A stretch of 64,000 bases of DNA, from NCBI GenBank assembly GCA_963666285.1, contig OY762714.1. One strand, given 5' to 3'. Origin of the DNA: Sedimentisphaerales bacterium (GTDB lineage Bacteria; Planctomycetota; Phycisphaerae; Sedimentisphaerales; SM23-30). Shown here piece after piece: positions 37,984-47,609 of the stretch. The notes under the pieces are model-generated. The model was not told the origin of the DNA and searched no databases. It worked only from the letters and a program-made list of their open reading frames with translations. The translations under genes and the position numbers were made by a program. The stretch's first letter is position 1. Each line of letters starts with the position of its first letter.

Positions 37984-39750
37984 ATGAAAAAAAGATTTGC
38001 ATTATTGATCTTCACAATAATGATATCTGCAACCATTTCTAACGCGAAAATCTATAGATGGGATACAGGAGGAGAGATTTACGGAACTTATGGCAAAAAT
38101 ATAGCTCCCAATCAAGATTTTAGAAATTGGGATACTAGCGGACATACATTGGAATATGCTGATTTTACAGATGGAGATATTACAGATTCTATCTTCCTAG
38201 ATTGCATACTAAGTTATTCAGATTTTTCTGAATCTGACTTAACTAATGTGGTATTTAGAGATACTGATTTATCTAATGCCAACTTCACAAATACTATTAT
38301 TAAAGATTTAAGTTTTAGAGATGTAGAAGGTTTTACTAAATCTCAATTATATTCTACTACAAGTTTCAAAAATAAACAACTAACAGGTATTACATTCCAT
38401 CAGCTTGATTTGAATAATAGTAATATGAATAGTTTTAACTTTACTGAATCGAGTTTCTGGAAAAGTAACTTAACAAATGTTGATTTTAGCTATGCAAATT
38501 TAACAGGCTCTAGTTTTCGCCAGGCTATTTTACAAAATACAAATTTCACAAATGCAATAATAACTAATTCCTCTGTTGGCGCAAATACAGGTTTTACAAA
38601 AGATAATTTATATTCAACATTAAGCTATAAGAACAATAATCTATCTGGATCATCATTTAGTAGCAGGTATCTATCGAATTGGGATTTATCCGGCCAAAAT
38701 CTTTCAGATACTATATTTTTACGAACTTCTTTTGAAAATACTGATTTTACTGATGCCGTAATTAAAAATGCTGATTTTGGTTACTCTGAAGGTTTAACAA
38801 AAGAAATGCTGTATTCAACAGCAAGTTATAAGGATAATGACATATCTGGAGTATCAATGTCCCATGTAGATGTTTCAGGCTTTAATTTTTCAGGACAAAA
38901 CCTTACAAATATAGACTTTTTATGGGCTGATATAACAAATGCAGATTTTACAGATGCAATTATTAACAATTCCAGTTTTTCACTAGCAGCAGGATTTAAA
39001 AAGGAACAAATCTATTCTACTGCAAGTTATAAAAATAGAGACTTATCAGGTGTCGGTTTTACAGGGCAAGATTTGTCCTATTGGGATTTCAGAGGTCAAA
39101 ATCTATCTGGATCAGGTTTCAGTAATACCGAATTAGCTCATACCAATTTTACTGACGCTAGTCTAATGAACGTAGGACTCGCTAACGGAGGTGATTTTAC
39201 TGACTCTATTCTGATAAGAGCTGACTTGAGAAATAATGGTTATGTGCCAGATTTGTCTAATTCGATTATTGAAAACACAATTCTTCCTGATGGTCGTATT
39301 GAAGGTCTCGAACTTGGTAGTGGCGAGTTTTTACTAATACGTGACTTCTATAAAAGGTGGGAGACTAACCAAGATATCGGAATAACAATAGAAGACAAAT
39401 TGTTAATTGATTCAGATGGTGGATTGACTTTTATATTTGAAGATAGTAGTTGGGCTTCAAAAATTTCACTAACAAATGGTGCAATAGTTGACTTAGGTGG
39501 AACACTTAACCTGGATTTCGCAAATGGCACTAATGTCGAGTCACTTGTTGGAGTAACTTTTGATCTATTTGACTGGAACGGTTTGTTAAATCCATCTGAT
39601 ACATTCGCCAACATACAATTTGATTCCTACTGTACTTGGAATTTAAACAACCTATATACAACTGGCGAAATTACTCTTGTTGCCGTACCAGAACCTATTT
39701 CATTGGTATTGATGGGCATCGGCGGTCTGATTGTTGGTAGAAAAAAATAG
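37984..39750 (+). CDS. Pentapeptide-repeat PEP-CTERM protein
   Basis: Signal peptide; pentapeptide runs punctuated by GFTK.QLYST.SYK units; C-terminal VPEP-TM-RKK. Confidence 0.9.
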   Translation: MKKRFALLIFTIMISATISNAKIYRWDTGGEIYGTYGKNIAPNQDFRNWDTSGHTLEYADFTDGDITDSIFLDCILSYSDFSESDLTNVVFRDTDLSNANFTNTIIKDLSFRDVEGFTKSQLYSTTSFKNKQLTGITFHQLDLNNSNMNSFNFTESSFWKSNLTNVDFSYANLTGSSFRQAILQNTNFTNAIITNSSVGANTGFTKDNLYSTLSYKNNNLSGSSFSSRYLSNWDLSGQNLSDTIFLRTSFENTDFTDAVIKNADFGYSEGLTKEMLYSTASYKDNDISGVSMSHVDVSGFNFSGQNLTNIDFLWADITNADFTDAIINNSSFSLAAGFKKEQIYSTASYKNRDLSGVGFTGQDLSYWDFRGQNLSGSGFSNTELAHTNFTDASLMNVGLANGGDFTDSILIRADLRNNGYVPDLSNSIIENTILPDGRIEGLELGSGEFLLIRDFYKRWETNQDIGITIEDKLLIDSDGGLTFIFEDSSWASKISLTNGAIVDLGGTLNLDFANGTNVESLVGVTFDLFDWNGLLNPSDTFANIQFDSYCTWNLNNLYTTGEITLVAVPEPISLVLMGIGGLIVGRKK

Positions 39751-39809
39751 TATTACCATATTAAGCTTCCGGTACAAAACCGTAAGCTTTTATTTGGAGA
39801 ACTTAATTT

Positions 39810-40601
39810 ATGAAAAATATGTTATATTTATTACTGATGATTGCATTTTTTGCTTCACAAATACAAGCTCAAATATCTTTACATGGATATGAAACTTATG
39901 TTGTGGATGATCCAGACTATCGTTATGATACAGACTATACTTCTGATTATTCTATACTAACATATCTAAATTGCCTTTCTGTTTGCACCAAAAGTAAGGG
40001 GCATTCAGTAATTAATATTGATGGTGGTAATATTTTTGATTCTGCAATATATGATAATGCTTCTGTTAATCTAACAAACGGTTCATTAAAAAGTTTTTCC
40101 GTATCTGACAATGGCATTGTTAATATTACTGGAGGTGTACTTCAGAAAGATTACAATTGGAATACTATGAGAGATGATTCCCAGGTTTTCATTTCCGGTG
40201 GCAACATATCTGGAACTTTTGAAATGATGTATGGTAGTCCAGAAATGACTTTATCAGGCAGTTCTTTCTATATTGGCGACGTTCTTTTAGAATATGGCCA
40301 ACTTGACTTTGACTATCTTGCTGATATTGGGGCAATAACCCGTACTGAACGTACAGGATATTTTAAGTGGATAACTTATACTGGAAATATTACTGGAATA
40401 CTTGATGATGGCAATAGTATTGATATAACTTTTATGGCCTATGACCATATAAGCCCAGCTTATGGTGAAGCAAGTATTGTTTTAGTTCCAGAGCCAATTT
40501 CACTATGTTTACTTGGTCTAGGCGGTATAATAACTATAAAAAAAAGAGTTAATAAAAATCCAGGATATCGAAATATCGTGAGAAATATACAAACAGGTTG
40601 A
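39810..40601 (+). CDS. PEP-CTERM protein with a frameshift-extended tail
   Basis: VPEP-TM-KKR followed by extra residues; 1-nt deletion relative to the paralogous repeat at ~41850. Confidence 0.85.
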   Translation: MKNMLYLLLMIAFFASQIQAQISLHGYETYVVDDPDYRYDTDYTSDYSILTYLNCLSVCTKSKGHSVINIDGGNIFDSAIYDNASVNLTNGSLKSFSVSDNGIVNITGGVLQKDYNWNTMRDDSQVFISGGNISGTFEMMYGSPEMTLSGSSFYIGDVLLEYGQLDFDYLADIGAITRTERTGYFKWITYTGNITGILDDGNSIDITFMAYDHISPAYGEASIVLVPEPISLCLLGLGGIITIKKRVNKNPGYRNIVRNIQTG

Positions 40602-40684
40602 TTTAAGGAGAATGAATTATGAATTTGAAAGTAATATTACTTATGTTATTAGCTGGATTTGCTGCCCAATTGAATGCGGCAGCA
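40488..40684 (+). repeat. Copy 1 of a ~195-bp direct repeat (sorting signal, spacer and next signal peptide)
   Basis: Near-identical to 41794-41991. Confidence 0.9.
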
Positions 40685-41173
40685 CTACATTTAACAGACT
40701 ATGAAACTTCAACTGTTAATGTTGGTGATGTATATGATAGTATTTATCTTGAAGATTATTCAGAAGTTACAGTATTAGGCGGTTCAGTTGACGGTATATG
40801 GATAATTGATAATTCACAATTATATATTTCTGGTGGAAATATCTCAGGATCTGCACAACTTAACGACAATTCAACTTTGTATTTATCTGGAACCAATTTT
40901 TACATAGGTGATACAGCTATTGAATACGGAGAACTTGATTTATGGTCATTATCAGAACAAGGTTTAATATCTTATTCCCAATCAGAATTTGATGAGTGGG
41001 ACGGAATAATTACTGGTATATTAGATGATGGTAGTACAATTGAATTATCTTTTCACATCGGCCTATTCCGCACAGGAAGTGAGCCTGAAACAGCAAATAT
41101 AGTTTTAGTTCCAGAGCCAATTTCACTAGCATTGCTGGGAGTTGGTGGATTAGTAACAATAAGAAAAAGATAA
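40619..41173 (+). CDS. PEP-CTERM protein
   Basis: Signal peptide; ITGILDDGS module; VPEP-TM-RKR. Confidence 0.9.
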   Translation: MNLKVILLMLLAGFAAQLNAAALHLTDYETSTVNVGDVYDSIYLEDYSEVTVLGGSVDGIWIIDNSQLYISGGNISGSAQLNDNSTLYLSGTNFYIGDTAIEYGELDLWSLSEQGLISYSQSEFDEWDGIITGILDDGSTIELSFHIGLFRTGSEPETANIVLVPEPISLALLGVGGLVTIRKR

Positions 41174-41238
41174 TGAAAAATTGGATTATCGAAATATTCT
41201 GGGAATAATATAATTACTGTTTATTTGGAGAATTTGGT

Positions 41239-41859
41239 ATGAAAATAAAATTATTATTGTTAATGTTATTTATGGGTATAACTTCACATCTACAAGCTTA
41301 TGTATCAGTTGATGGAGATGAAGTAAAAGATTTTGGCAGTAGCTTTACAACTAGCGAACTTATTGTTTCAGATAATGGAGTAGCTAATATTATTGGTGCC
41401 ACTATCTATGATGACCTTTATATTTATGACAACGGTACGGTTAATATGTCAAGTGGCTCAGTTAATTTCGGTTCATTCTCATGGATGGACGATAACGCAA
41501 TAATGACCATTACAGGTGGAAATGTAACTACATCGAGTAGATTGTCAATAAGAGAGTACGCCAATCTTTCACTATTTGGTAGTAACTTCTCTGTAGGTGG
41601 AGTATCTGTAGGCTACGGAGAGCTTGATTTAGAGGAATTATTAAATCTTGGCGCAATCACTTATAGTGTCGATGAAGCTGAACGTTGGAGAGGTAGTTTA
41701 TCTGGGATTCTAGATGATGGCAGTGATATAAATATAGACTTTTACATTTCTCATACCAGAGGCACAGATGAGACAGCTAATATTACTCTTGTACCGGAAC
41801 CCATTTCACTATGCTTACTTGGCCTGGGCGGTCTAATAACTATTAAAAAAAGAAGTTAA
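41239..41859 (+). CDS. PEP-CTERM protein
   Basis: Signal peptide; LSGILDDGS module; VPEP-TM-KKR. Confidence 0.9.
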   Translation: MKIKLLLLMLFMGITSHLQAYVSVDGDEVKDFGSSFTTSELIVSDNGVANIIGATIYDDLYIYDNGTVNMSSGSVNFGSFSWMDDNAIMTITGGNVTTSSRLSIREYANLSLFGSNFSVGGVSVGYGELDLEELLNLGAITYSVDEAERWRGSLSGILDDGSDINIDFYISHTRGTDETANITLVPEPISLCLLGLGGLITIKKRS

Positions 41860-41991
41860 TAAAAATCCAGGATATCGAAATATCTTGAGAAATATACAAA
41901 CAAGTTGATTTAAGGAGAATGAATTATGAATTTGAAAGTAATATTACTTATGTTATTAGCTGGATTTGCTGCTCAATTGAATGCTGCGGCA
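41794..41991 (+). repeat. Copy 2 of the ~195-bp direct repeat
   Basis: Near-identical to 40488-40684. Confidence 0.9.
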
Positions 41992-42501
41992 ATTATCTTG
42001 GAAGGGAATGAGACACTAACTGTCGATTCCGGGGATAATTATCTTGGTGTTCACATGAGTGACAATTCAACCGCTACCATATTAAGTGGTACTATTGATT
42101 TCGGTAATTTCTATACCAACTCTACGGTAGAGGACGATTCAATAATTACAATTTTAGGTGGTAATATCACTGGTCAAATTATCATCAACGAAAATGCATT
42201 AATTCAATTATCTGGTTCAAATTTTACGATTGGGAATACATCAATTAGTACTGGAACACTTGACTTGGAATATTTAACCGATATTGGAGCATTATCATAT
42301 AACCATAGTGAATTAGACCAGTGGGATGGTACTATATCTGGAATCTTGGATGATGGTTCATATATAAGTTTTGATTTTTCTATTGTACGTCCTGTCTATC
42401 GTGGAGATTCTTGGACTGCAAATATTGAGATACTACCTGAACCCCTTTCACTTTGTTTATTAGGTTTGGGCGGATTAGTAACCATTAAGAGAAGAAAATA
42501 A
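41926..42501 (+). CDS. PEP-CTERM protein
   Basis: Signal peptide identical to that of 40619; LPEP-TM-KRRK. Confidence 0.9.
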   Translation: MNLKVILLMLLAGFAAQLNAAAIILEGNETLTVDSGDNYLGVHMSDNSTATILSGTIDFGNFYTNSTVEDDSIITILGGNITGQIIINENALIQLSGSNFTIGNTSISTGTLDLEYLTDIGALSYNHSELDQWDGTISGILDDGSYISFDFSIVRPVYRGDSWTANIEILPEPLSLCLLGLGGLVTIKRRK

Positions 42502-42723
42502 TTATTTAGAAAAGGAGATGGTACGATAATAATCTGATTTTTTAAACCTCAGCCTCAGCTCTGAAGCTAACAGGGTTTTGCCCTTTGCTTCTTACTTTCG
42601 CCATCGACCTGGGCATTTGTGAAGGCCGATGTCGATGCGACGAAGCTGCAGGGACAAAAAGAATCAGTAATATAATACAATCGAGTTGGTAGTCAGTTTC
42701 GGCTAAGATTAAGAGTTTTAGCT

Positions 42724-42873
42724 GGAGCAGAATAGGTTATAGGCTGCATAATAAACTTGAGGCATAGCGACCTCGTAAAGGAGAATAATCAGACCTGTAA
42801 TCGAATCGCCATCGTAAGGCATTGTGACCTTGTATAGGAGTTTGGTGGCTGCCGACATTGTTAAGTCTGCTCC
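42724..42873 (+). ncRNA. Predicted IS110 bridge RNA (target- and donor-binding loops)
   Basis: Closing stem ggagcaga/tctgctcc; two homologous loops, each with an inner hairpin (gagg-catagcga-cctc; aagg-cattgtga-cctt); flanking segments match the target and donor junction sequences. Confidence 0.75.
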
Positions 42874-42899
42874 GGAACCATTAATTTTCGGAGATACAA

Positions 42900-43913
42900 A
42901 TGAGTTATTTAGGTGTAGATTTACATACAAACAGTTTTACGGTATGCAGAAGAACTAAACAGGGCAAAGAAACCATAAGAGATTATTCGATTGCCCGTAT
43001 AAATGATTTTATAAAGACTTTGCGAAAAGATGATCTGCTGGCAGTCGAAGCTACTGGTAATACCAGCTGGTTTATTGAGCAGTTAGAGAATCGCATCAAG
43101 AAGGCAATACCAGTGAATCCTTATCAGTTTGAAGTGATTCGTAAGTCAGTTAAAAAGACAGATAAAAATGATGCCAAAGTATTAGCATATTTTTTGAGCA
43201 AAGATATGCTTCCGGAATCAAGAATGAAAAGTAAAGAAAACGCACAATTACATTCATTGTCAGTTACACGTGATAAACTGGTCAAGCAGCGTACAGCTTT
43301 GATCAATAAGATTCATAATGTGCTGAATGCCCATGGGCTCAAGTTTAAGAAAGAATCTCTGGGTACAGAAAAAGGCTTGAATAGCATTTGGTCCTGGAAA
43401 TGGGACAAGATAGTTGAAATAGAACTGGAAGTGCTGGTATCTCAGATCCGTAGCCTGAATGATCATATCAAGAGACTGGATAAAGATATTACTGAACAAG
43501 GTGAGAAACTTAAAGGGCATAAGAATCTGACTAGCATCAAGGGCATAGCAGGTCGTTCAGCTACTGTACTGCTAAGTACAATTGGTGACGTTAACGACTT
43601 TGCCGACGAGCACAAATTGGCTTCTTATCTTGGAATTGTACCAAGAGTTTCAGATTCTAATGAGACAATAAGGCATGGGCGAATAACTAAACGTGGCGAT
43701 AAGCTGGCGAGAACTACTCTGGTCCAATGCACGTTGGTTGCTAAACGGTACAGCCCATATTTACGAAACTATTATGAACGTATAAAGAGCCACCGTGGCT
43801 CAGGTAAAGCTATTATTGCAACAGCAAGGAAGTTTCTAGGAATCATATATAATACCCTGAAAAATGACTGGGTATTTGAAGACTTCCCAAACTTTGTAAT
43901 AGCAAATACTTAA
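42900..43913 (+). CDS. IS110-family DEDD recombinase/transposase
   Basis: GVDLH, VEATG, KTDKNDA (DEDD); C-terminal YLGIVP..SDS...GRITKRG. Confidence 0.95.
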   Translation: MSYLGVDLHTNSFTVCRRTKQGKETIRDYSIARINDFIKTLRKDDLLAVEATGNTSWFIEQLENRIKKAIPVNPYQFEVIRKSVKKTDKNDAKVLAYFLSKDMLPESRMKSKENAQLHSLSVTRDKLVKQRTALINKIHNVLNAHGLKFKKESLGTEKGLNSIWSWKWDKIVEIELEVLVSQIRSLNDHIKRLDKDITEQGEKLKGHKNLTSIKGIAGRSATVLLSTIGDVNDFADEHKLASYLGIVPRVSDSNETIRHGRITKRGDKLARTTLVQCTLVAKRYSPYLRNYYERIKSHRGSGKAIIATARKFLGIIYNTLKNDWVFEDFPNFVIANT

Positions 43914-43964
43914 ATGAAATATTTACTAATTTTGGAGTAGATTTTTAACATAGGAGTCTTTATT

Positions 43965-46900
43965 ATGAAGAATATGTTTCTTGGGGTAATGTGCGCGCTG
44001 ACATTTATTTTATTGACGGAAAACTCGGTTCTTGCTGACTATCAAGCAACTGTAATAGATTTTGGTACTTTAGAAATTTTCAGTTATTCAGATAACAACT
44101 CTGTTACAGTTTATGATTCCAGCGATTCGCTACAATGGTCTGGAATAATTAAAAAAGGATTGTCCTATGTTTATCGAGGTGGAGAGAAATATGAGGTATA
44201 TAAAATTGAAGCAACAGGCCCATTTACAGTATTAAATGGTGATGCCATATTAGGTTCTCAAAGAAATTGTATTAGTGGTTATTATGTAATGAACCCAAGT
44301 GACAAAAGTGTAAGTAGTGAATTATATACCTCATTCACTGACGCGGAAGGTAAGTTTATTGTTTTTGCTTATGAAGATGAAACATATTTAGAAGTCAGTC
44401 AATATACAGGTCAAGACGACCCTAACACTGGTTTACCAGAATATGTTTCTTTGATGCGATCAACAGATCCAAATTATCTCAATATTGGCGAGCATATTGA
44501 ATGGGATACTGACTCAGAGGATATCGAAGGTAGCATTCTTAAAATAACTGCAACAAAAGGTGTGTCGGCGCTTTGTGTAACAGATTCCGGTTATTTTGTA
44601 CCTGCAAGTAATGGAACATTTAGCGGGCAGGAATTTTACACTTATTTTAGAGATCAGGGAGACACTGAAACATTTGTATTTGTTGGATATTCTGATGATA
44701 CAACTATTACCATTACTCAAAACGGTCAGCCATTTGATGAAATTACAGTCCAGAGAGGTCAAGTTTATGAAATGGACATGAGGCCGGAAACAAGACCTGG
44801 AGCACTTAATGAGTATTATGAAATTACATCGACAGATACAATATCAGTTGCTGTCTATAATAACAACAACAGGCTGGTATTTGCTCCCGGAGAAGATGGC
44901 AGCGGGTTCGGTAGTTTGGAAAACTATGTATTGTTAAATATGCTTACAGCACACGATAATCTTCATGTGCTGTCACATGCAGACAATACAACGGTAAATT
45001 TATATAATTCAGCAAACGGTCTTCCAGCTAGCAGCGATAGTGAAAATAAAACATTCCCTATAATATTAGATAAAGATAAAAAAATCAAAGGACAAAATGG
45101 TGTAGATGTTGGCTGTACTAATGATTTTAACTATGACCTTGAAGTTGACTCCGATGATCTGGTTTCTGTGTATTATGGCTATACAGGTGAATGTTATGCC
45201 GAATTTGTCCCACTTGGTTTTGACATAATAAAACCCGCTGGTATAGACCCGAATAACCTGTATGTTTACAATGATGCAGATGAGTTGATTGATTTGGACA
45301 ATGACGGATTTAGTACAGATCCTAACGATACTCAATTCTACTATGACATACTGCCAAGCGATGAGATTGACATAAATCTAAACGGCACCTTTACCGGCAC
45401 AGACACTAATATGACAGCAAAAGTATATTTTGCTCCTGAAATGGACATAGACTTAGCAACAGCTATGAGCAGTAACTATGAATATGAAAACCATGCTTTC
45501 ATAATTGATCTAGGCGATATGCCTTTTACAGTAAATGAAACATTAACTGTAACAATTAACGAAATGGCGAAGCCTGGTACATCAATTAAATTCCATGTTA
45601 AATACGAAAGTGACCAGCATAGAGAAATGGCTCATTATCATCTGGAAGTAGGCTACTGGACTTCTGATGATGCTGTTGAAGGCGTTGTGTATGTTGATCA
45701 AAATGCGTCTGGTTACACATCAGGAACTTCTTGGCGCAACGCATTCACAGATATTAACCAGGCAATGCTGTTTATCGAGGAAAGTTACTACGATTACGAT
45801 TCTATCTGGGTTGCTGCTGGTGCATATTCACCAACAACATACTGTGACCTAGTTGGAGATTCCTTTGAACTGTACGAAGGCCTGTCAATGTATGGCGGCT
45901 TTGCCGGTGATGAAATCTCTTTAGATGATCGTAATATTGTTACTAATAAGACTATTCTTGACGGTAATCCTTATGACGATAGCGAAGAACAAAAAACAAA
46001 CGCTGTAACAATTAGTGGTAATAATACTGTCCTGAATGGCTTTATCATTAAAGACAGCGGTCAAGCCGGTATCAAAGTTAACAATACAAGCACAACTGGC
46101 AATCCTCCGCAAATTTCATTCTGTACAGTTACTGGTAATACTACTTATGGTATTGATATAGAAAATTCTTCTATAAAGATTTCTAATTGTAATATTTACA
46201 ATAATGGATATTCGGCTATCAATACAGATAGCAATGGCGATATTTCTGTCCTGAACAGCTTTATCCATAAGAATACCGGAGGTATTAATATTGCAGGAGC
46301 AAACTCATCTGATGAAATCAGAGGCAATACCATCGCTTATAATAGCGGCACTGGTATAACTGCTGATGGCGGAGTTCAGGTTATCAGTAATATTGTCTGG
46401 GAAAATGACTTGCAGCTTAGCGGACCATTTACTCCTGAATATAGTTGTGTTCAGGATTTAGACCCGAATAATATTCTTGATGATTGTGTGCAAGACCCAA
46501 ATTACAACATCCAGTGTGACCCATTATTTGCTTATCCACAACAAGACCCCAACTTCTTACTTTCAGACTATTATGATCTTCACCTGTCAATAGAATCACC
46601 TTGCAAAGAATATGGTATGACTTCTGCTGTTGATACGGTAAATGAGGTAGATATCGATGGTTCAAACAGATTAGAAGATGATGATGTAGATATGGGTGCA
46701 GATGAGATATCATGCTGGGAAACCAATACCATCTATGACATTAACGAAGATAGCAGGATAGACCTATACGAATTTGCTGGTATGTCTGCTACTTGGCTGG
46801 AAGAACCAAATATCTGGAATCCAGATTATAATTGGGCTGATACCGGCACAAGTGAAGAAATCATTGATGTTGATGATTTCGCAATCCTAGCTGAATACTG

Positions 46901-47339
46901 GCTATGGCGACCATGCTATATAACCGATAGTACAATAAGTGACATGATCGAAACAATGTCGCTATCTACTATGTCAGTATCAGCGATGAGCCTGGAAAGC
47001 ACTGCTTCGGTTTCAACAGATAGTACGACAGCAGAAGTAGGTACAGCCAGTTTAAGCGTATTTGATCTGACCTCTACCGCTAATGACCCTGTTGTTTCTG
47101 ATGAGATCGTAACAAGGAATTTGTCACGTTCAAGCCTGATGGACAACAAGTTAGCAGTTGATAGTAAGAGTTCCTCTGTTGAAATGCTGGCTGTCCAGTT
47201 GGTTCAGCTTGAGAAATTCGTTGAGGAAATCAAAGACTCTATGACGGAAAAAGAATACAAAAAACTTATGAAGGAAATTCTTGAAGCAAAGAAAGAAATG
47301 TATTTAATGTATTTTCGACAGGAGTTATTAAAACAATAA
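43965..47339 (+). CDS. Large secreted protein (IgGFc-binding-like N-terminus, beta-helix, dockerin-like C-terminus); paralog of 34303
   Basis: Signal peptide; GTSWRNAFTDIN, YGGFAG.E, DMGADE, DINEDSRIDL and WLW motifs shared with 34303. Confidence 0.75.
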   Translation: MKNMFLGVMCALTFILLTENSVLADYQATVIDFGTLEIFSYSDNNSVTVYDSSDSLQWSGIIKKGLSYVYRGGEKYEVYKIEATGPFTVLNGDAILGSQRNCISGYYVMNPSDKSVSSELYTSFTDAEGKFIVFAYEDETYLEVSQYTGQDDPNTGLPEYVSLMRSTDPNYLNIGEHIEWDTDSEDIEGSILKITATKGVSALCVTDSGYFVPASNGTFSGQEFYTYFRDQGDTETFVFVGYSDDTTITITQNGQPFDEITVQRGQVYEMDMRPETRPGALNEYYEITSTDTISVAVYNNNNRLVFAPGEDGSGFGSLENYVLLNMLTAHDNLHVLSHADNTTVNLYNSANGLPASSDSENKTFPIILDKDKKIKGQNGVDVGCTNDFNYDLEVDSDDLVSVYYGYTGECYAEFVPLGFDIIKPAGIDPNNLYVYNDADELIDLDNDGFSTDPNDTQFYYDILPSDEIDINLNGTFTGTDTNMTAKVYFAPEMDIDLATAMSSNYEYENHAFIIDLGDMPFTVNETLTVTINEMAKPGTSIKFHVKYESDQHREMAHYHLEVGYWTSDDAVEGVVYVDQNASGYTSGTSWRNAFTDINQAMLFIEESYYDYDSIWVAAGAYSPTTYCDLVGDSFELYEGLSMYGGFAGDEISLDDRNIVTNKTILDGNPYDDSEEQKTNAVTISGNNTVLNGFIIKDSGQAGIKVNNTSTTGNPPQISFCTVTGNTTYGIDIENSSIKISNCNIYNNGYSAINTDSNGDISVLNSFIHKNTGGINIAGANSSDEIRGNTIAYNSGTGITADGGVQVISNIVWENDLQLSGPFTPEYSCVQDLDPNNILDDCVQDPNYNIQCDPLFAYPQQDPNFLLSDYYDLHLSIESPCKEYGMTSAVDTVNEVDIDGSNRLEDDDVDMGADEISCWETNTIYDINEDSRIDLYEFAGMSATWLEEPNIWNPDYNWADTGTSEEIIDVDDFAILAEYWLWRPCYITDSTISDMIETMSLSTMSVSAMSLESTASVSTDSTTAEVGTASLSVFDLTSTANDPVVSDEIVTRNLSRSSLMDNKLAVDSKSSSVEMLAVQLVQLEKFVEEIKDSMTEKEYKKLMKEILEAKKEMYLMYFRQELLKQ

Positions 47340-47444
47340 TTACAATTTTGGCTGGTTGTGGCTTTATCCTAACTCCATTTGTAAAATTCCCATGATGATG
47401 ATATCAATAGGGTAGAGCCACACCTCTTTTCTTTATTTTGGATT

Positions 47445-47474
47445 AGGCGAATGATATACATTCGCCTTTTTTTT
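47445..47474 (+). terminator. Rho-independent terminator closing the cargo operon
   Basis: aggcgaatg-atata-cattcgcct followed by a T run. Confidence 0.8.
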
Positions 47475-47609
47475 GGGGGGATTGTACAGTATTATCCACT
47501 CTTATTTCTTCACCAGCTACATTCCAAAGAACTTTGAGCATCCAGCACATTACAAATAGAGTAACCCCTCCTCCAGTAATATTATATATCATTTCCATTA
47601 CAATGTCTC

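Larger units (their letters stand above)
42518..43956 (+). mobile_element. IS110-family insertion sequence
   Basis: Recombinase gene, ~380-bp left non-coding end, no terminal inverted repeats; AGGAG at both junctions (42513-42517 and 43952-43956). Confidence 0.85.
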
